64,000 bases of DNA, taken from Tubulanus polymorphus (Eukaryota; Animalia; Nemertea). A program made the position numbers and the translations under genes. Of this stretch, positions 1-14,419 are shown piece by piece (position 1 is the first letter of the stretch; the number at the start of each line of letters is the position of its first letter). The notes under the pieces were generated by a model, which saw only the letters and a program-made list of their open reading frames with translations, did no database searches and was not told the origin of the DNA. Location of the stretch: contig NC_134025.1 in NCBI RefSeq assembly GCF_964204645.1, positions 13,516,001 to 13,580,000 of the forward strand, given 5' to 3'.

Positions 1-1604
1 ACTGCATGAATCAGCGACTGTGAATGAAAAGATGGCAGTACTGATTCTACAACAAAAGGATGGGGTTAAGGTCTATGATAAGGACAGCAGATTTTTGCTC
101 CCAAGTAGCCGAATCATCAATGCACAAAACCCGTTGAGCAGCTATATTTGAATTTACTTTTCATTTCAATTGGGACTGATTTGTTGCTCCCAACTGTCAT
201 ATGATAATTGTTTATAACACTTGTCATTGGCATTTAGTAAAACCTGTTGCCTGGTACCAGTCTCTTGGCCCATTATAGGTATTCTCGATCTATTAGTAGC
301 TAAAAGATATTCATAGAAAGTGTTAAATGGCAAGTCGTTATTTGTTACTATACACATACTGATGATGTTTTACCACCACTTCTTCCAGTAGTGAAATAGG
401 AAGTAGGAAAATATCAACTGATGAAGAATTCATTTGAAAACATTTTTGAGGAATGACTACGAACAAGAGGTGGGCACATTCATATAACAGTACGAAATGT
501 TACAAGCTATTTTGCACTAAAGTATGTTACATATTGATTAATAGTTACTAAACCTTGATAGAGGTTTATTATGTAGTGATCAAATCTAAATTAAATTGGA
601 AAGAGAAACTATTGGGGCTGATTCCACTGCTATATATATGATATGGAGTTACACTCCTGGAAGGAAAAGGAAGTCATCAGGCTTTGATGTTGTGGCTTAA
701 AATACCATCACCACATGGGCCTGTGCCCTCAGTAAACTAGGTTACATTTAAATGAAAAGCTATAGAAAACTGTTTTTAATGAATGTAATGTTTGTAATGA
801 AATGAAAATCCAAGAATAAGGAGGTTCGGCCCATGCACACTTGTTTCTGACCAAATAGGGTCAGTGATAGAGTTATGTCATCGTGGCAAAGAAGATATAT
901 GTAAATTTTGGATATTTGCTATTTTCGCCATAAAAAGAGATTTCTTAGTGACACTGGAATTATTTTTCTTCCAATGAGCAATTGAGTAGCTGCGATGCTT
1001 ATATTTCATGGTCCAAACCAGTCAATATGTTTATTAGATTTTCAGATGTCGGTCAAACATTTCGCAGGTTTTTCCAATAAAGTATAGGAAAAGCTGCACA
1101 AATTTTCGAGAATTTTCTAAATCAAATCTGTGACCATTACTTCCCAAACCATTGAGTGACCACAATATCATGCAAACATGTATAGTCATTCCTTGAAAAT
1201 AGTCTATATCAAGCCAACTATAGGTCGACTGGTACACTACTACAGTCAACTTGATAAAAAGCTATTAAAGCCATCTTTGCACACCTTTTTCAAAGGTGCA
1301 AATAAACAGTTCTCCCAGAAACCAAATCAATTCAGTAAATGCTATTTCTACTTGGAAAAGAAGTAAAAGTACAGAGACTGCAGATTGACATGAACACCTG
1401 CTGATATCTGCTGCTAAATCAATGGTGTTTGAACATCAACAAAATTGACAAAGCTGTATTGAATTCAATTCAATGAAGAATTTACTGTATTGATCATTGA
1501 CCAAGTAATGATTGAGAATTATAGAATGTAGGTTAATATAACATTTATATTTGGATTGTAACACTTACTTTCTCGTAGTGAAGAAATGTGTTTAAATAGG
1601 CCTA

Positions 1605-2185
1605 CTGTTGAAAAGTCATCTTTATAATCACAACTTTCAAAATATTATTTCACCAAATTGTAACTACTGTAACATTAGATTAAATACCCTACAATTCCTG
1701 TTAAGATGCAGGCACCCAGTCCTTCATCAAAATATCATTGATCTCACTACCAACCTAGATAATATTCAGAATGGATTATTAATTACTTTCCAAAGACTAA
1801 ATTCATTAGAAAAGTGCAAATTTTTACTTTTTGGAAGTACTCACTTAACTTGCAATACAAATATTCGAATAAAATACAACACTTCAAAATTCATAGCAAA
1901 AAATCTAATATCCATTCATCCTTAGTTTAGTCGCTTTGTTATCTTTTTTTCCAATACTTATTTCCTTATTATCTATAATTCATTATTAACGCAAATTTTC
2001 ATAGTTTATTGTTATATTCAACTTTGTAGTATTCCTTCATTTACATTTTGTAAATTACGTTTTGGTAGCAAATTAACTGTTTATCTACTGTATTGCTAAT
2101 AATATCTTTTCAAAAGACTTAAGCATAATTTTATACTGTGAAATTGTTCTTTCATTAATAGAGCTACTTATAACAAAAAAAAACA
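1605..2185 (+). mobile_element. 3' remnant of a non-LTR retrotransposon (C-terminal zinc-knuckle region plus 3' UTR)
   Basis: ORF 1608-1925 reads LKSHLY...SPNCNYCNIRLNTLQFLLRC, resembling the LINE ORF2 C-terminal CCHC-type motif with H replaced by Q. A T-rich UTR and an A-run near 2176 follow. Confidence 0.55.
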
Positions 2186-3189
2186 CTCAATTGCCGGATT
2201 GCTCTTCATTGATCTGAAGCCCCCCTTCCCAGCAATGACACCAGTCTGTTTGTATCAAATATTTTTTATCCAAAACAAGTGGGAGAAGTAAAAGAAATCT
2301 TGTTTAAAGACCCTTTTAAGATCTCATATCCCTGACTATTCGATAGGTCTAGAATTTTTAAACACAGCTTATAACAAACATTGCACTACCATCCAAGTAA
2401 TACCAGTGCCTATCGAATGTTCTCTCGGTGATCTTTTGGGGTTCTGGTAGATGCTCCAACTGTATAGATATACGCTGCATTCACATTACCACAAGTTTGA
2501 CCAGTCTAAACTGGTCCATACCTGGAACTGGCCATAGTACGCATTCACACACATATTGTTGAATTCCCTACAGATTGTTAGCCCATATCCCGCACTTATG
2601 TTGCATTGAGTATTTCATCCATAAATTCATATTTAGATGATAGATTTAAGGGTCCCTGGCTGTAATTTTTTGAGAAAATTTCTGATAGCTGTGGTTTATC
2701 ATATATCTGGACATAAGCAATCCATAGTTAATTCTAGTAGATTTTAACAATTAGAACAGATACGCCGGGACCAGCACATGCAAGAGACACATTTTAAGAC
2801 AAATGATAATCCTTATGCATTAACTTGAGCCGATATAAAAATGATATTAAATTTGAAAACGATATTAATCAGCTTGTTGATGATTCAGTTTATTTCAATT
2901 GACTTCATACCACATAGATTCATAAATACGATCTAATTTGTAGAACCCACCAGTTTCTGTCGATACACGCAGAATTGGTTTGTTTCAAAACTTAGAATGG
3001 ACCTGGATCAGTCTTTTAGGTTGGTCAAAATTGGTCTGGTCTAAAATAGAATGGGCCAATTTCGAATGGACCTTTGCTGGTGTGAACGGTTGGTCCTTAC
3101 GAATAATGTGGTAGAAACATATGCAATAGACTCAGCCTTATGGCCAGTCTAGAGAGGAGTATTGTTTGTTAATGAGTTATCCACTCAAT

Positions 3190-3686
3190 AACAAATGTTA
3201 TTGCTTCCATAACTATAGAAATAGATAGAGTTCACCATAAAAAACATGACCTAGTCGTGTCATGTGATACGTCATCAGTAGTATCCCAGTTGACATATGA
3301 AATATGATAGCTCTATCTGGAAAAATTTTTGAGTTGATGACCAAAATGAATAATTTCAATATGCAAGATGGCTGCCACATGGCCATCGGATGTCAGCACG
3401 ACCTAGTTTGGTCATGTGACCATTTCACATTCTCATTTGAAAAATGAAAGCTCTAGATGGAATATCATATCAGTTGATAACCAAGGCAGCCATCTAAGAT
3501 CCAATTACTATAGAAATTGAACTCCTACAAGATCTTATGGTCATACACAATATATCCGAACTTTAAGATGATCAGGCAACAATTGTGGTCTGTAAAGTGT
3601 TCACAAGAACGGATACCCGCCAAACCACCCCTACGACCCAGGGGTACAGTATAGGCCCAAATGGCCTTCGGTCAAGCAGACTAAAA
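3190..3686 (-). mobile_element. Old HINE-like element
   Basis: The right end ATAGGCCCAAATGGCCTTCGGTCAAGCAGACTAAAA has the same hairpin + A-run layout as HINE-A. Internal CAAGATGGCTGCC/GGCAGCCATCT motifs are present. The left boundary is uncertain. Confidence 0.45.
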
Positions 3687-4356
3687 TAAACTTATGTTCA
3701 ACCTTGACACTTGGTAAAGGTTAAGTCAAATGCCATATAAATGTAGCTCTCTAATCAGTGTCTGAAGAGTAATTTAACAATGAGTTTCGACTGTTCTGGC
3801 TGCTACATGAAATATTGCTTAACTCAACAACAATGATGATAACAGGTCCCTCATGAAAAGTGAAACAGACGTTTCAATAGATCAGTGCAGAAAGTGCCTC
3901 GATAGCCATTTAGGATGCATTCATCGCGATGAAAAACCAGCTGATTAGCGATGCATCAATTATTAAGACGAAATGAAGCTGAGAGATTAACTGACTGAAG
4001 GACGTTAAATCTAATAGATGCTCACACTTTGTGCTTTTATACAAGAAAAGTAGCTCATCGGGGTAAGTGTTTTCTGTCAACTGGAGAAACATTTTAATCC
4101 ATCACAAGAAGAACACACTGGTTCATCAGCGTTCATCTGATTTCACATTTTCAGGTGAGGTCACTAATGAGGAATCAAGAGCATTTTGCCGGGTAATTTG
4201 TTATTTCAATGGGCAGTGGGATGTTTATGCATGTATGTTCAGCAATTGTCAACAGCTCAGACAAACTCCCAGACTAATATGTCATCAGAACTTTGAACTA
4301 ATGAATAGGTTCGGTCTTGGAGTAATCATTTGACAAAGATTCAAAGATCAGATTAT

Positions 4357-4589
4357 AGCTGCGATCACATGGAGATGATTAAGCCCAGGCCAAATTTGGC
4401 CCATGCCTAATTATTAAGCGCATTCCCAGACTAAACCACCCCTTGATACTAATCAGTACCATGACAAAGCTTAGTGAGTCACTTCTGGAACCAGTTGGAA
4501 TTCACACAATAATTTGGCCAGTGCTAAAATTTGGCTCAAACCTGGTCTGACATTTTTGGTTGGGCCAAAAATGCTGTGTGATCCCGGCT
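4357..4589. mobile_element. Harbinger-like MITE, family B
   Basis: TIRs AGCTGCGATCACA / TGTGATCCCGGCT with TAT on both flanks. Homologous to 23282-23577. Confidence 0.75.
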
Positions 4590-5568
4590 TATGATAGATG
4601 AGAATGATAAGATGTGCTATCAAGATGATAAAAAGTCCTACTTACAGTTTGAGTTCCAGAAGATGATATTAACAGGTTGCCGTTTTCACCAGTTGCATCA
4701 TCACTTTTCACCCAGCGAAATCTACAATAACGAAAAAAGACTGTTCCTTATACCAATAAGTTACCACGATCTAGAATACCAAGCCTTTAAATCTGAATTC
4801 ATTGGTATGCTGGTAAATTGCCTGTGAGCCAACTAACAAATTGTCATCAGAGTTGGAACACCTCTCCCCTTCAGAGAAGTTCGTTGACTATAACATGAAT
4901 AATCATAGCTGAACAGTGAAAAGGTATATACTGGGTAGATGGTATCATAAAAATTAACACAACATACTTTGAAACAACCTTATGAAAACTTGATCGATTG
5001 ATTAACTAGCAATCCTCATTGTTGAATACTGACATACTTATAATACATATATTGCTAAAGCTACTGACACACTAAGCAAATTTGCACACAAATTGGTTTT
5101 CAGTCGGGAAGCGATTTTTCATGTCAGTACCCCTTGGTCACCTGAATTCAATTGCAGGCAAATTATTAAATGAATGAAATTGCTGATGAAATGTGCCTAG
5201 TTTGTCAAGAGCTTAAATACAAAGTACAAAAGTTACGTTATATTCAGAACAGGGGCATAGCTGGATACAATTCTGATGCAACCCAAATAATCATAAGAAC
5301 CAGAAAGAAAATCATCAATGACAAAATCAATAATCAAAATTTGCTTTACTTCACAACTCTTTTTGTCGAAAAATAGAAGAAGTACTTTCAGCCTGCTTTG
5401 AATGTGCAACCCCTTGTTCTTGTTTTGGACACTTTTGGTCAGAATGTAAATTTAGGCCTATTACGCATTTACACCATGAAAAATATGGGTTTTAATGCAT
5501 AGTGAAACAAAAAACATAGATTAACAAACCTAAAGTCCCACATTGTAATCAAATTACACTGTACGTTA

Positions 5569-6667
5569 AACGAGGGTCCAGGGACACCATGCCCACTTGT
5601 AAAGTGGTTCCAATGCACAACAATCTAACAATTTCAATATTCAAGGCCCCATGGTGACCATATACAAAAACCAGTGACCTTGAAACTCACTACAATCATA
5701 GAACATGTCAGCAGCTACGATCTTGTAATTGATTGTGATAACAAATCATGCCTCGTTACCAATTTGATATTGAAATACTAAGTAATTCTACTATTCAATG
5801 CCCCTGGTGACCATATGCAAAACCCAATGACCTTGAAACTCACCACAATAATAGAACATGTCATAAACTACAACTTTGCAATTGATCATGGTAACAAAAT
5901 ATGCCTAGGTACCAATCTAATAAGGAAATACTAAGTTATTCTACCATTCAACGCCCCCTGGTGACCATATAGAATAACAAATGTCCTTAAAACTCACCAC
6001 AATCATAGACAATGTCATGAGCTACAACTTTGTAATTGATTGTGGTAACAAAATATGCTTATGTATCAATATAATGTGGAAAAACCTTTTTCCCACCTAT
6101 GAATGAATACTGATGATACCAAGATGGCCGCCAATTGCGTCATAATTGGCCGATCAAAAATACCTGGCTCAGGTATAAAACATCCCTTTCCAAAAAATAC
6201 CCTTAACAAATTGCAATGAGAAATGGCAAACCAGTAGGAAGCTACAGGACTCAGAATTTGGGCCAAAATTGACATTTTTGGGCACTAAAAAGGTCATAGG
6301 ACGGCCATCTTGAGTCCGATCGACCCAAGTTTTCTTATGGTGATGGGCCCTTGGGGGATTCAAATATATATGAAAGATCAAGGTAATTGACTCAAGCATC
6401 TTCAAAATTTCCCTCAAAAAGTTCAAAAAGTGTAAAAAGTTATGATTTTGACGAACAACAATGGCTGCCAGTCGGCCATCTTGATTCTGACAGGGCCAGT
6501 TTTTGGGCTGAAGATGTGTCTAGGGTAGATACATGTATAAACCAATCAAGACATTACCTTGGAGCGTCTTCAAAACTTCTCAAAATAACTGGATTCCATC
6601 TACGGACTGGATTCCATCTACGGAACGCAATAGCTCGCTGGGACTAAAGTCCCAAGTGGGCTAAAAA
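5569..6667 (-). mobile_element. HINE family A, copy 1 (three ~154-bp internal repeats)
   Basis: Left end AACGAGGGTCCAGGGACACCATGCCCACTT and right end GGGACTAAAGTCCCAAGTGGGCTAAAAA give a subTIR GCCCACTT/AAGTGGGC, hairpins at both ends and A-run flanks. Repeat units start at 5641, 5795 and 5948. Confidence 0.85.
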
Positions 6668-6821
6668 CGGCAGTGATTTGATCAGTCATGATGTAATCCA
6701 CTCAATGTCACTGATTGGTTATTGTGCATCAGTGGTTCTTGTTTAGAAACCGAGAGCTCAATTCTTCTCGCTGATGAATTTGACGTTCAATAATCAAGAG
6801 GGCAAAGATAATCACCCCAGT

Positions 6822-6941
6822 AAGGATAAGAACATTGTTGAGGTACGGTGAAGATTCTTAGGGATAAGGACTTTGTAGTAGCACGATGAAAAGTGATAAG
6901 GATAAGAACATTGTAGAAGCGCAATGAAAATAGCTAAGGAT
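6822..6941. repeat. Degenerate ~39-bp tandem repeat, about 3 copies
   Basis: An (A/G)GGATAAG(A/G)AC(A/T)TTGT motif recurs near 6823, 6862 and 6899. Confidence 0.55.
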
Positions 6942-9900
6942 TGTAACGCATTAGAAATCTCCCCCTCTTTCACAGCTGTGACAGGGACGTCTGTTGAGAC
7001 AACTGCCAGAGAGATACAGAAGTATATGACATGTTAGAGACAAAGGGAATACTGTGCCTGCCGTATCCTGACATGATGATCGCAAACAATTGTCAGACTA
7101 TATGAATCAATATCAATATATTAGCAGCTGGACTGGTGCTTGGAAGTACTGAAACACTGAAACGAATGGTGACAAATCTGGCTAAAAACCCGAGATATTT
7201 GAGATGTGGAATTTTAATCTGCAACTTATATTCATGTTGGGAAAGTGTTTAGGGTTATTCATTATATGACATCATAACAAGAATTTTACAATATCATAAT
7301 AAGGATTTGACAACATATGTACATAAACAAACAGAGGCACATGAATAAATGTATAAGGGAGGAAGGTGCTACATACGCGTTGCTATTGTATTTGCTGTCA
7401 CCAAATATAGGCCTAACCGATATTAACTGGACACTGAGAGGCGAATATATTTTGTCATTTCATTTGCACAGAATTGATTAAAATAATTCATTTCCATAGT
7501 TGAATTAATTCAGTGCAACTATTTCTTCATCTCAATTATCAGAGAGAAACCGAAACACAAGATAAAAGAAGAATCGTCATCCAGTAGATTTTCTGTTGTT
7601 GTTCAAAGTCAGTGTACTGAACAATGGAATAGAAATTTAATTATGAGGGTCATGGTTTGAAAAATCTAATAAAAAGAGAAATTTGCAGTCTACGTGATCA
7701 GGACAACTGTCCGCAAGAAGTGCTCCAAAGTCACAAAATAATATTGCTATTTGGCGAACGTGTCCCTGGCCTGCAATAGCGATACGTGTAATATGAAATT
7801 GAAATAAAAGCATATGTGAAAGGATATGGCAATCAGTCATGTTACTGAATGCCACTGTATGAAATAGAAAGTCATTGGTCTTCAACTACTTTAAACATAG
7901 CAATATTCACTTATGGCTTATAGCTGAAAGCTTATAACTTCGATGGCTATATGTCAACATGCTCAACTCCCAATTAATTGTTAATATCTATCTACCTATA
8001 ACCAAGAGGATGAAAAAGTTCCTGATTACAAAATCATTAGGCAAAACTTTCAAAAGGTTACAATGCTGCAAGGCTGATTTGGTAAACCAAAAAAATGGCT
8101 ACACTACAACATTCTGTCAGTGACTACTCTTGACTGAGATCTGAGGAAATGATCAATCTTGCTTCATTCTGTAAAATTCTACCTCCTCGAGATCATCCCC
8201 GGAGCCAGCGATGCTCTACTTGAACGTCTCGATCCATGATTCCAGTAGCTCAACAGAATATCTGACAGCTGGTTGACACTATTTTACGGAATACACGTGC
8301 ATCTGTTTGGCGGTGTGACACCGCACCACTGCCGCTGCTGTTATGATGGTAATTGAGTCAACTTAGATAGAAATCATGCACCCACGGGATGAACGTAACT
8401 GATGAGATTTACAGATTGCTTATTATGACATGGTGGCGAGTGGTCAGTGCACACAATGCTATGTCGTGCCATACTGAATTTATCACATTTATTGTTTTTT
8501 CATCTAGAAATGATGTCTATTGACAAACAGCACCAAGCAGTCACATGGTTTCCATGCTAACTCACTTGCGACTCCTTTCGATAATTTTTCTGATGACATG
8601 CTATGTTGTAATTATCCTTATAGCCTTTGGATTACTTTGAGGTTGGTGGCATTTGTCATTTGGCTTCCGCAGATATTAACCATCAAAAGATAAGCAAGCA
8701 CAAAATAGACTTTTTCTGAGAATCTTGATTAAAAAATCAAGTCATCACTGCTAATCAACATGTTACAACTACATCAAAGGATGCATGTTTCTTTTTCCAT
8801 AAACAGGCACAGACCTGCCAATTCTAGAATCGAGGATGATTAGCTTCCCTTTTTGGTACACAAAAAGGTAATAGATGAGATATTTTCATCGTGAACAAGA
8901 AAAAATAGGCCAGGTTCATATCAGTGCATTATGAGGAGCCTTACTGCTATATCTGCTATAATCTAAGCATTTTTAAAAAAAAGCAACATGAATGAATTTA
9001 ATTTCAAAATAAATATTCCATAATATTAAATGGCCGGTAAACATATTCCAATATAAACTGCTTTAACTGATTTGTTATATTTTCAGTTAAAAGAAAGTGT
9101 AAAATGTGGGTGTCTAAGATTTCACTTCTGAAATGAATTAGAGCTATTTTCAAAAGACTTCCAATACTTCGAAGTACTTCCAATTTATGCGATCAAAAAA
9201 ATATTCTAGTTCGTTCTTATTTCTTGGGACTTATTCTGTATCATTAACCAGTTATCATCAAAAAAGAAATTAAGCCAATAATTAAGCCAGACAAGTTAAC
9301 GATTTCAATCTTGAAATATTCAAAAACCCCTATGGACAATTTGCAACACGTTAGACCTCGTTGATTGACGCACCTATAAGCACCATCAAACAAAATATAA
9401 ATGAACCACGACTCTCTCGTATAATACCAGACATTTCCAGTGAACTGGACAACGCAATATCGACATCGACACGTGACTTCACATATAATCTTGTGATAAA
9501 TAATTCAAAATGCGACTAATCACGCTTCAATCCATTGTCAGTAACACATGACAAACACATGCGGCTGGTATTACATCGCTCATGAAATGATAACTAATTG
9601 CAATATGATAGGATTACATTTAAGCTATTGTAATTGTGACTGCTCTTAAGAAAAAAATATGCCAATATATGATATTTCCCGCTGAAAATATATTACACAA
9701 CCTAAATCCACATCAAAGTGAACATGTTATTGTCAGCTAATGTAGATGAAAATGCCCATTCTTTAACATTACATGGCTCTGGATCGAGATCAAATGGCTC
9801 AGCACACTACTCAGCAAGATTAGAAAATAATGTTCCCTATATTCTAAAATCTTTCTTCACTGCATCAAAGTAAATTCTAGATTAGAATAAAGCTACATTG

Positions 9901-12900
9901 CAGCGATAGTGGGTTTTCTGCATTGATGATTCTGTTACTTGAATTACTTGGAAGCAATAAAATCTGTATTGAAATGATTTTCCGAATTGAAGTTCCGTAG
10001 AATTTAATTGGTGCTGCCAACATTCACTATGCTGATTCACGCAATGACGGACCAGCGCAGGCAAATATGATGTTTAACACAACACAGTGAATTTATCTAT
10101 AGCTATGAACTGAAAAAATCTGAATGGTATGAATTCAGGGAGGAAGATTTTTTCTGTAATGTGTAGTTATAAATCTTTATTGAATTGATTTGTCTGAATT
10201 GCAGTCAAGCCAGGCCCTCAAATCAGATCCTACCATCTATCCATAATGGCATGAACATGTCTCGATTGGCATGCAAAATGGCGAAAGTCTGGTTCAGTCT
10301 GGAGAACCTACGATATACACAGCTCGATTGAGCTTTTATGATGTTGATTTATCAAAATTGAGATATAGTATTTGTAGATCTAGTGATTTTAAGGACAATC
10401 TGATCATTTGATCAGAATCATATTTTCCATAAGGAACATTTCACTAAAGTCTCATAGCCGGGGTCGAAAGCCCGCATAGTAAACTTGAAAGCAATAAATC
10501 TTGATTGAATTGCATTGTTATCAGTAAACATCGCGTGCGGCCATCTATTGAAGGCATCCTGAAACTGGCAGTGGATTTGAGCTCAACAGAATCAGAAGGA
10601 ATAATAGTCGAGATTAAAATGAAAGTCTGTTTCAATGTAAGACATATTTGCATTTCAACTTCAATCTGTTTTGAATATGCATGCACTTTGATATACATGC
10701 AATCATTTAAATTCAAACTGATGACAAATTCACCCATGACTTGAATCTTTAGCTGCATTCACACTGCATTACTTAAAATCGTTCTACATTAGACCTTGGA
10801 GTAATCAGACTGATTTCTCCAAGATTAGAATTAGTTCGTGCCAATCTAGAACAGGCCCAGACCAACCAAAAAGGCCGATCAAGGTCCATTCTGAATCTCA
10901 GTTCAAGTTCCATTCTGAATTTCAGAATGGTCCATTTCTCCGTGTTAACTCCTTTGATTTAATTATGTTGTATGATCTATCAATCACAGTGTTGTGTCAA
11001 CTGGACCAGTGATAAAAGATGACTTGGAAAAAAGTGTGTGAAAGTAGGTTCCAGGTATAGGGGGTTGAAAATTTGAATGGATAGGGTGATACCCCAGTGA
11101 AGGAGGCTTTTGTTGGACACCTACCTTGCACTTCTAGTACATATACGTCGTTACTCCAAAACAAATCTGGTGTCAAGTGAGAGTAAAAAGCCATTTCAAA
11201 AGCGTTTGAAGAATGTGGCAATGAGTGCCCCAAGAAAGGGGGAAAAACAAACTAGGCTATCTAAAGCGATGGTAGAATGGCCACATTCAGACATGATGTA
11301 CAAATTCCAAAGATTAAAATGCACATCTGATGATGTTTTCTAGATTGATTTTGAAATGTTGTCCTCTGCTTCTTTTTTTAATTTTTGAATAATAAATTTT
11401 GCTTTCAATTTTCAAATTTTACTGAGTGGGTTTTAATCATGGAAAATTATATAATGATGGAATATTTGATTATAGATCATTTTACTGCTTCATGAAATAA
11501 ATCTTAAATTGCGGACTGAAGCCAACAGAAAGTATACTTTTGAATATATTTTCTTGTTTATCCATGTTTTGCAGTTGTTATAATATTGCATATAATCAGA
11601 TCTGATAGATACCGCCAACGATTACTTCACAGAATAACTTAACCTCAGAGAATAGATAGCTTAATTATTTCCATTATCTCCTACAACGTCATGGGATTTA
11701 GAATAAGAATTAAACCCTTGGATTTATATTTTATCATGGAGTTTAAGAAACTGAATAAAAAATTTAGAAAATAATTATTTTCAAATCATGTACCTGCATC
11801 AACAAGGACTGAAATCATAGACCGATGAAAATGTTGTCGTATGAAATTTCATGATCTCATAGAAAAAATGAATCCGCTACTGTATAAAATCATTAGATTT
11901 TTAAAAACGAACAGATCCATATCGCATTAGCTCAAGGAGTTGAATTAATACTGCGAATTAGACGATTCATCAAGACATAACACAGTGAAAATCTCCTTAC
12001 GTGATTTCCGGTGTGTTTAACTCATTAGATGCGATGCACTGCATCTATTTTTCATCGTCAACTACCACCGGCAACGAGAAGAAATATCACCATCGAACAA
12101 GAAATCTAAGAAGCATACGTTCATGCCTGGGTGTACACACACACAGAATATTCCATTTCATTGCACCATATAACTGATCAGTTATAATACGCTGAACAAT
12201 TTCTAAAATTTATGTAAAAACACACTACGTTTCAAATTTTTAAGCACAGGATTCATATTTAGCAAGTGTGATATAATGTAATCCCAAGATATTTGATGTT
12301 GGAGGAAAAATTAGCTACACTCAAAACTTATCCTATCAATGTCATTCATGTGATTTATCTATCAAACAGACACTATTTTCAAGTAATGTAATAACAGCTT
12401 ATTGGAGCATGAGACAGATTCAGTTATAATGTATAAATTATATCTAGGTCCGTACGAACATTCCTGCGAGTCTAGAAAATTAAATTTGCAGCACACAGAT
12501 AAAAGCAGTGGTCATAATTTTAAATGTCAATTGTTTTTTTCGATAACTTAAGAATAAAAAGATACGGTCTTTGTGTGGATGTACTCAATAGAAATACATT
12601 CATATAGTTATCATTGATTTTTGCCACCATTGATAATGATGAAAATTAGCTTGATGAAAGTTACAGATCATAAAAAGGTAGAAACACTTACTGTTCACGA
12701 ATTGTGTCAGTTTATCCATGCACCAGCTAGGCTGTATATAAAAATGTTTGATATTGTAATGAATCTGTGCAAAATGTGAATGGAATTCCAATCCAGTGTT
12801 GTTTTTGTTGTCAGTAGAGCTTGCAATTAAATTCCTGTGTGTCACCACCAAGCATCTAACCAGCAGCTGCAAGTTTTGAGCCACACTCTGCAGCAATCAG

Positions 12901-13800
12901 GCACGATTACAGCACTGCGAGCACAGCATCTGGCAGAACTCTTCACCGTCAGTCACGTGCTGTTGCGCGATCATCCAATTGCCACTCGGCATACACGTGA
13001 CGTAACAACCAATGAAGAAATGGAAAGTAAGTAAGTTAGGAAGTAAGTCCACCCAAGACACACTTATTCATCATCTAACACTAAACATATAGCTATATAA
13101 TCCACTATGAATACATAAGAGATAATGTTGTTTCGTGGTCTTTTATGACTTATTCAAGACATCAACTGCAGAATCTAAAGGCTCCGGCGCAGCACTAACT
13201 AATTACATATTTATAACGTGTATTGCCTCATTGATACGCTGAAATGGACATTTCATCCTTTTGTGCATATAGACAACACTGATATCAGCCAGTATTGATA
13301 TATTGGTGTATTCATCATTATTGCCACAGGTGATACAAACATGTGTGAGACAATAAAAAACACCTACACTAACTGCAACCTATAGATCACGATTCTAATG
13401 CAGATGGTTGAGAAAAAAACTATATTTTTACAAATAATGATCATCGTTGATAACATATTGATAACATATGATTTTACCCAAAATAATTTTGTCTTTACCC
13501 TGCATGCATCCAATAACATTTTCTTGTTATATGCATGCATTTTCATACTACCACTAGTTAGACCACTCTAAATTGTTCCGTACCTGGAACAGACAAATTT
13601 AGAATGATTCAAGCCTTCCTTACTTGCTTGGTTTCGATAACCTCCAGCTGAAGCCAAGCCACACGGCGGGAAGAAGTCAAAGCCTGGCACGCAAGGATCT
13701 GAGCCAATGAGTATTTTGTATTTTCCTTATAATAGGCTAGCAGGCTCTTCTTTATGTGCAGTTTTGTTTTGTCTTGTATTGTAGTATTGTCTCTTTTATA

Positions 13801-13955
13801 AGCCACGATCAAACAGAGACGATTTGGCCTGGGCCATATTGGCACGGATCAGGTCCGAGTCAAATTTGGCCCGAGAACGGGTTTACACGCAAACCGCTTT
13901 CTCGATACTAAACAAAGCTCAAAGTTTCAATTCAAACACAATCATTTGTCCCATG
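13801..13955 (+). mobile_element. Left half of a family B MITE
   Basis: AGCCACGATCAAACAGAGACGATTTGGCCTGGGCC matches 23282 onward. Confidence 0.7.
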
Positions 13956-13967
13956 CTAAAATTAGAA

Positions 13968-14246
13968 AAAGCTTTTCTAATAGAAATATATTTCCTAATA
14001 ATTCAAAATAATTCAAATTTATTCTCAAAATGCTTATCACGTAACCATCTGAGCCGTTGCAGTTGCCAGTAATCGTAACCGACATAAGCAGGGAAGAAAC
14101 TGGGAGGATCTCGTATCTCGCTAGTTGGCCTCAGTTGCTGTGAATCGGAGTGCAGTCGACATAAGCTGGGCTGCGATCACGGTTGCTCTCAGTTGCGTCA
14201 GTAGGAGTCGGTAGGCGTCGCATTGCTTGTCGACATAAGCCAGCCT
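13968..14246 (+). mobile_element. Right half of Harbinger non-autonomous family A
   Basis: Matches 44490-44752 and ends in TIR TTGCTTGTCGACATAAGCCAGCCT followed by TTA. Confidence 0.8.
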
Positions 14247-14419
14247 TTAAGCTAGGGGACACACTAGACAAATTCTGTTGCAGAAAAGGTGAAAATTCTG
14301 AACAAATCAATATATCAGTGTTAGCGATTTTCAGGGACGATCGAAATTGCAAGCTTGCAACCCAAAATTGGCAAGATCAACAATTTTGGATATTTTTGCT
14401 GGAGATTTCAATGCTAGTT

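Noticed and set aside
6066-6647. Recurrent short ORFs (QQWLPVGHLDSDRAS) also seen near 19.9 kb
   Set aside because: They recur only because they lie in HINE-A copies, and the frames are not conserved among copies.
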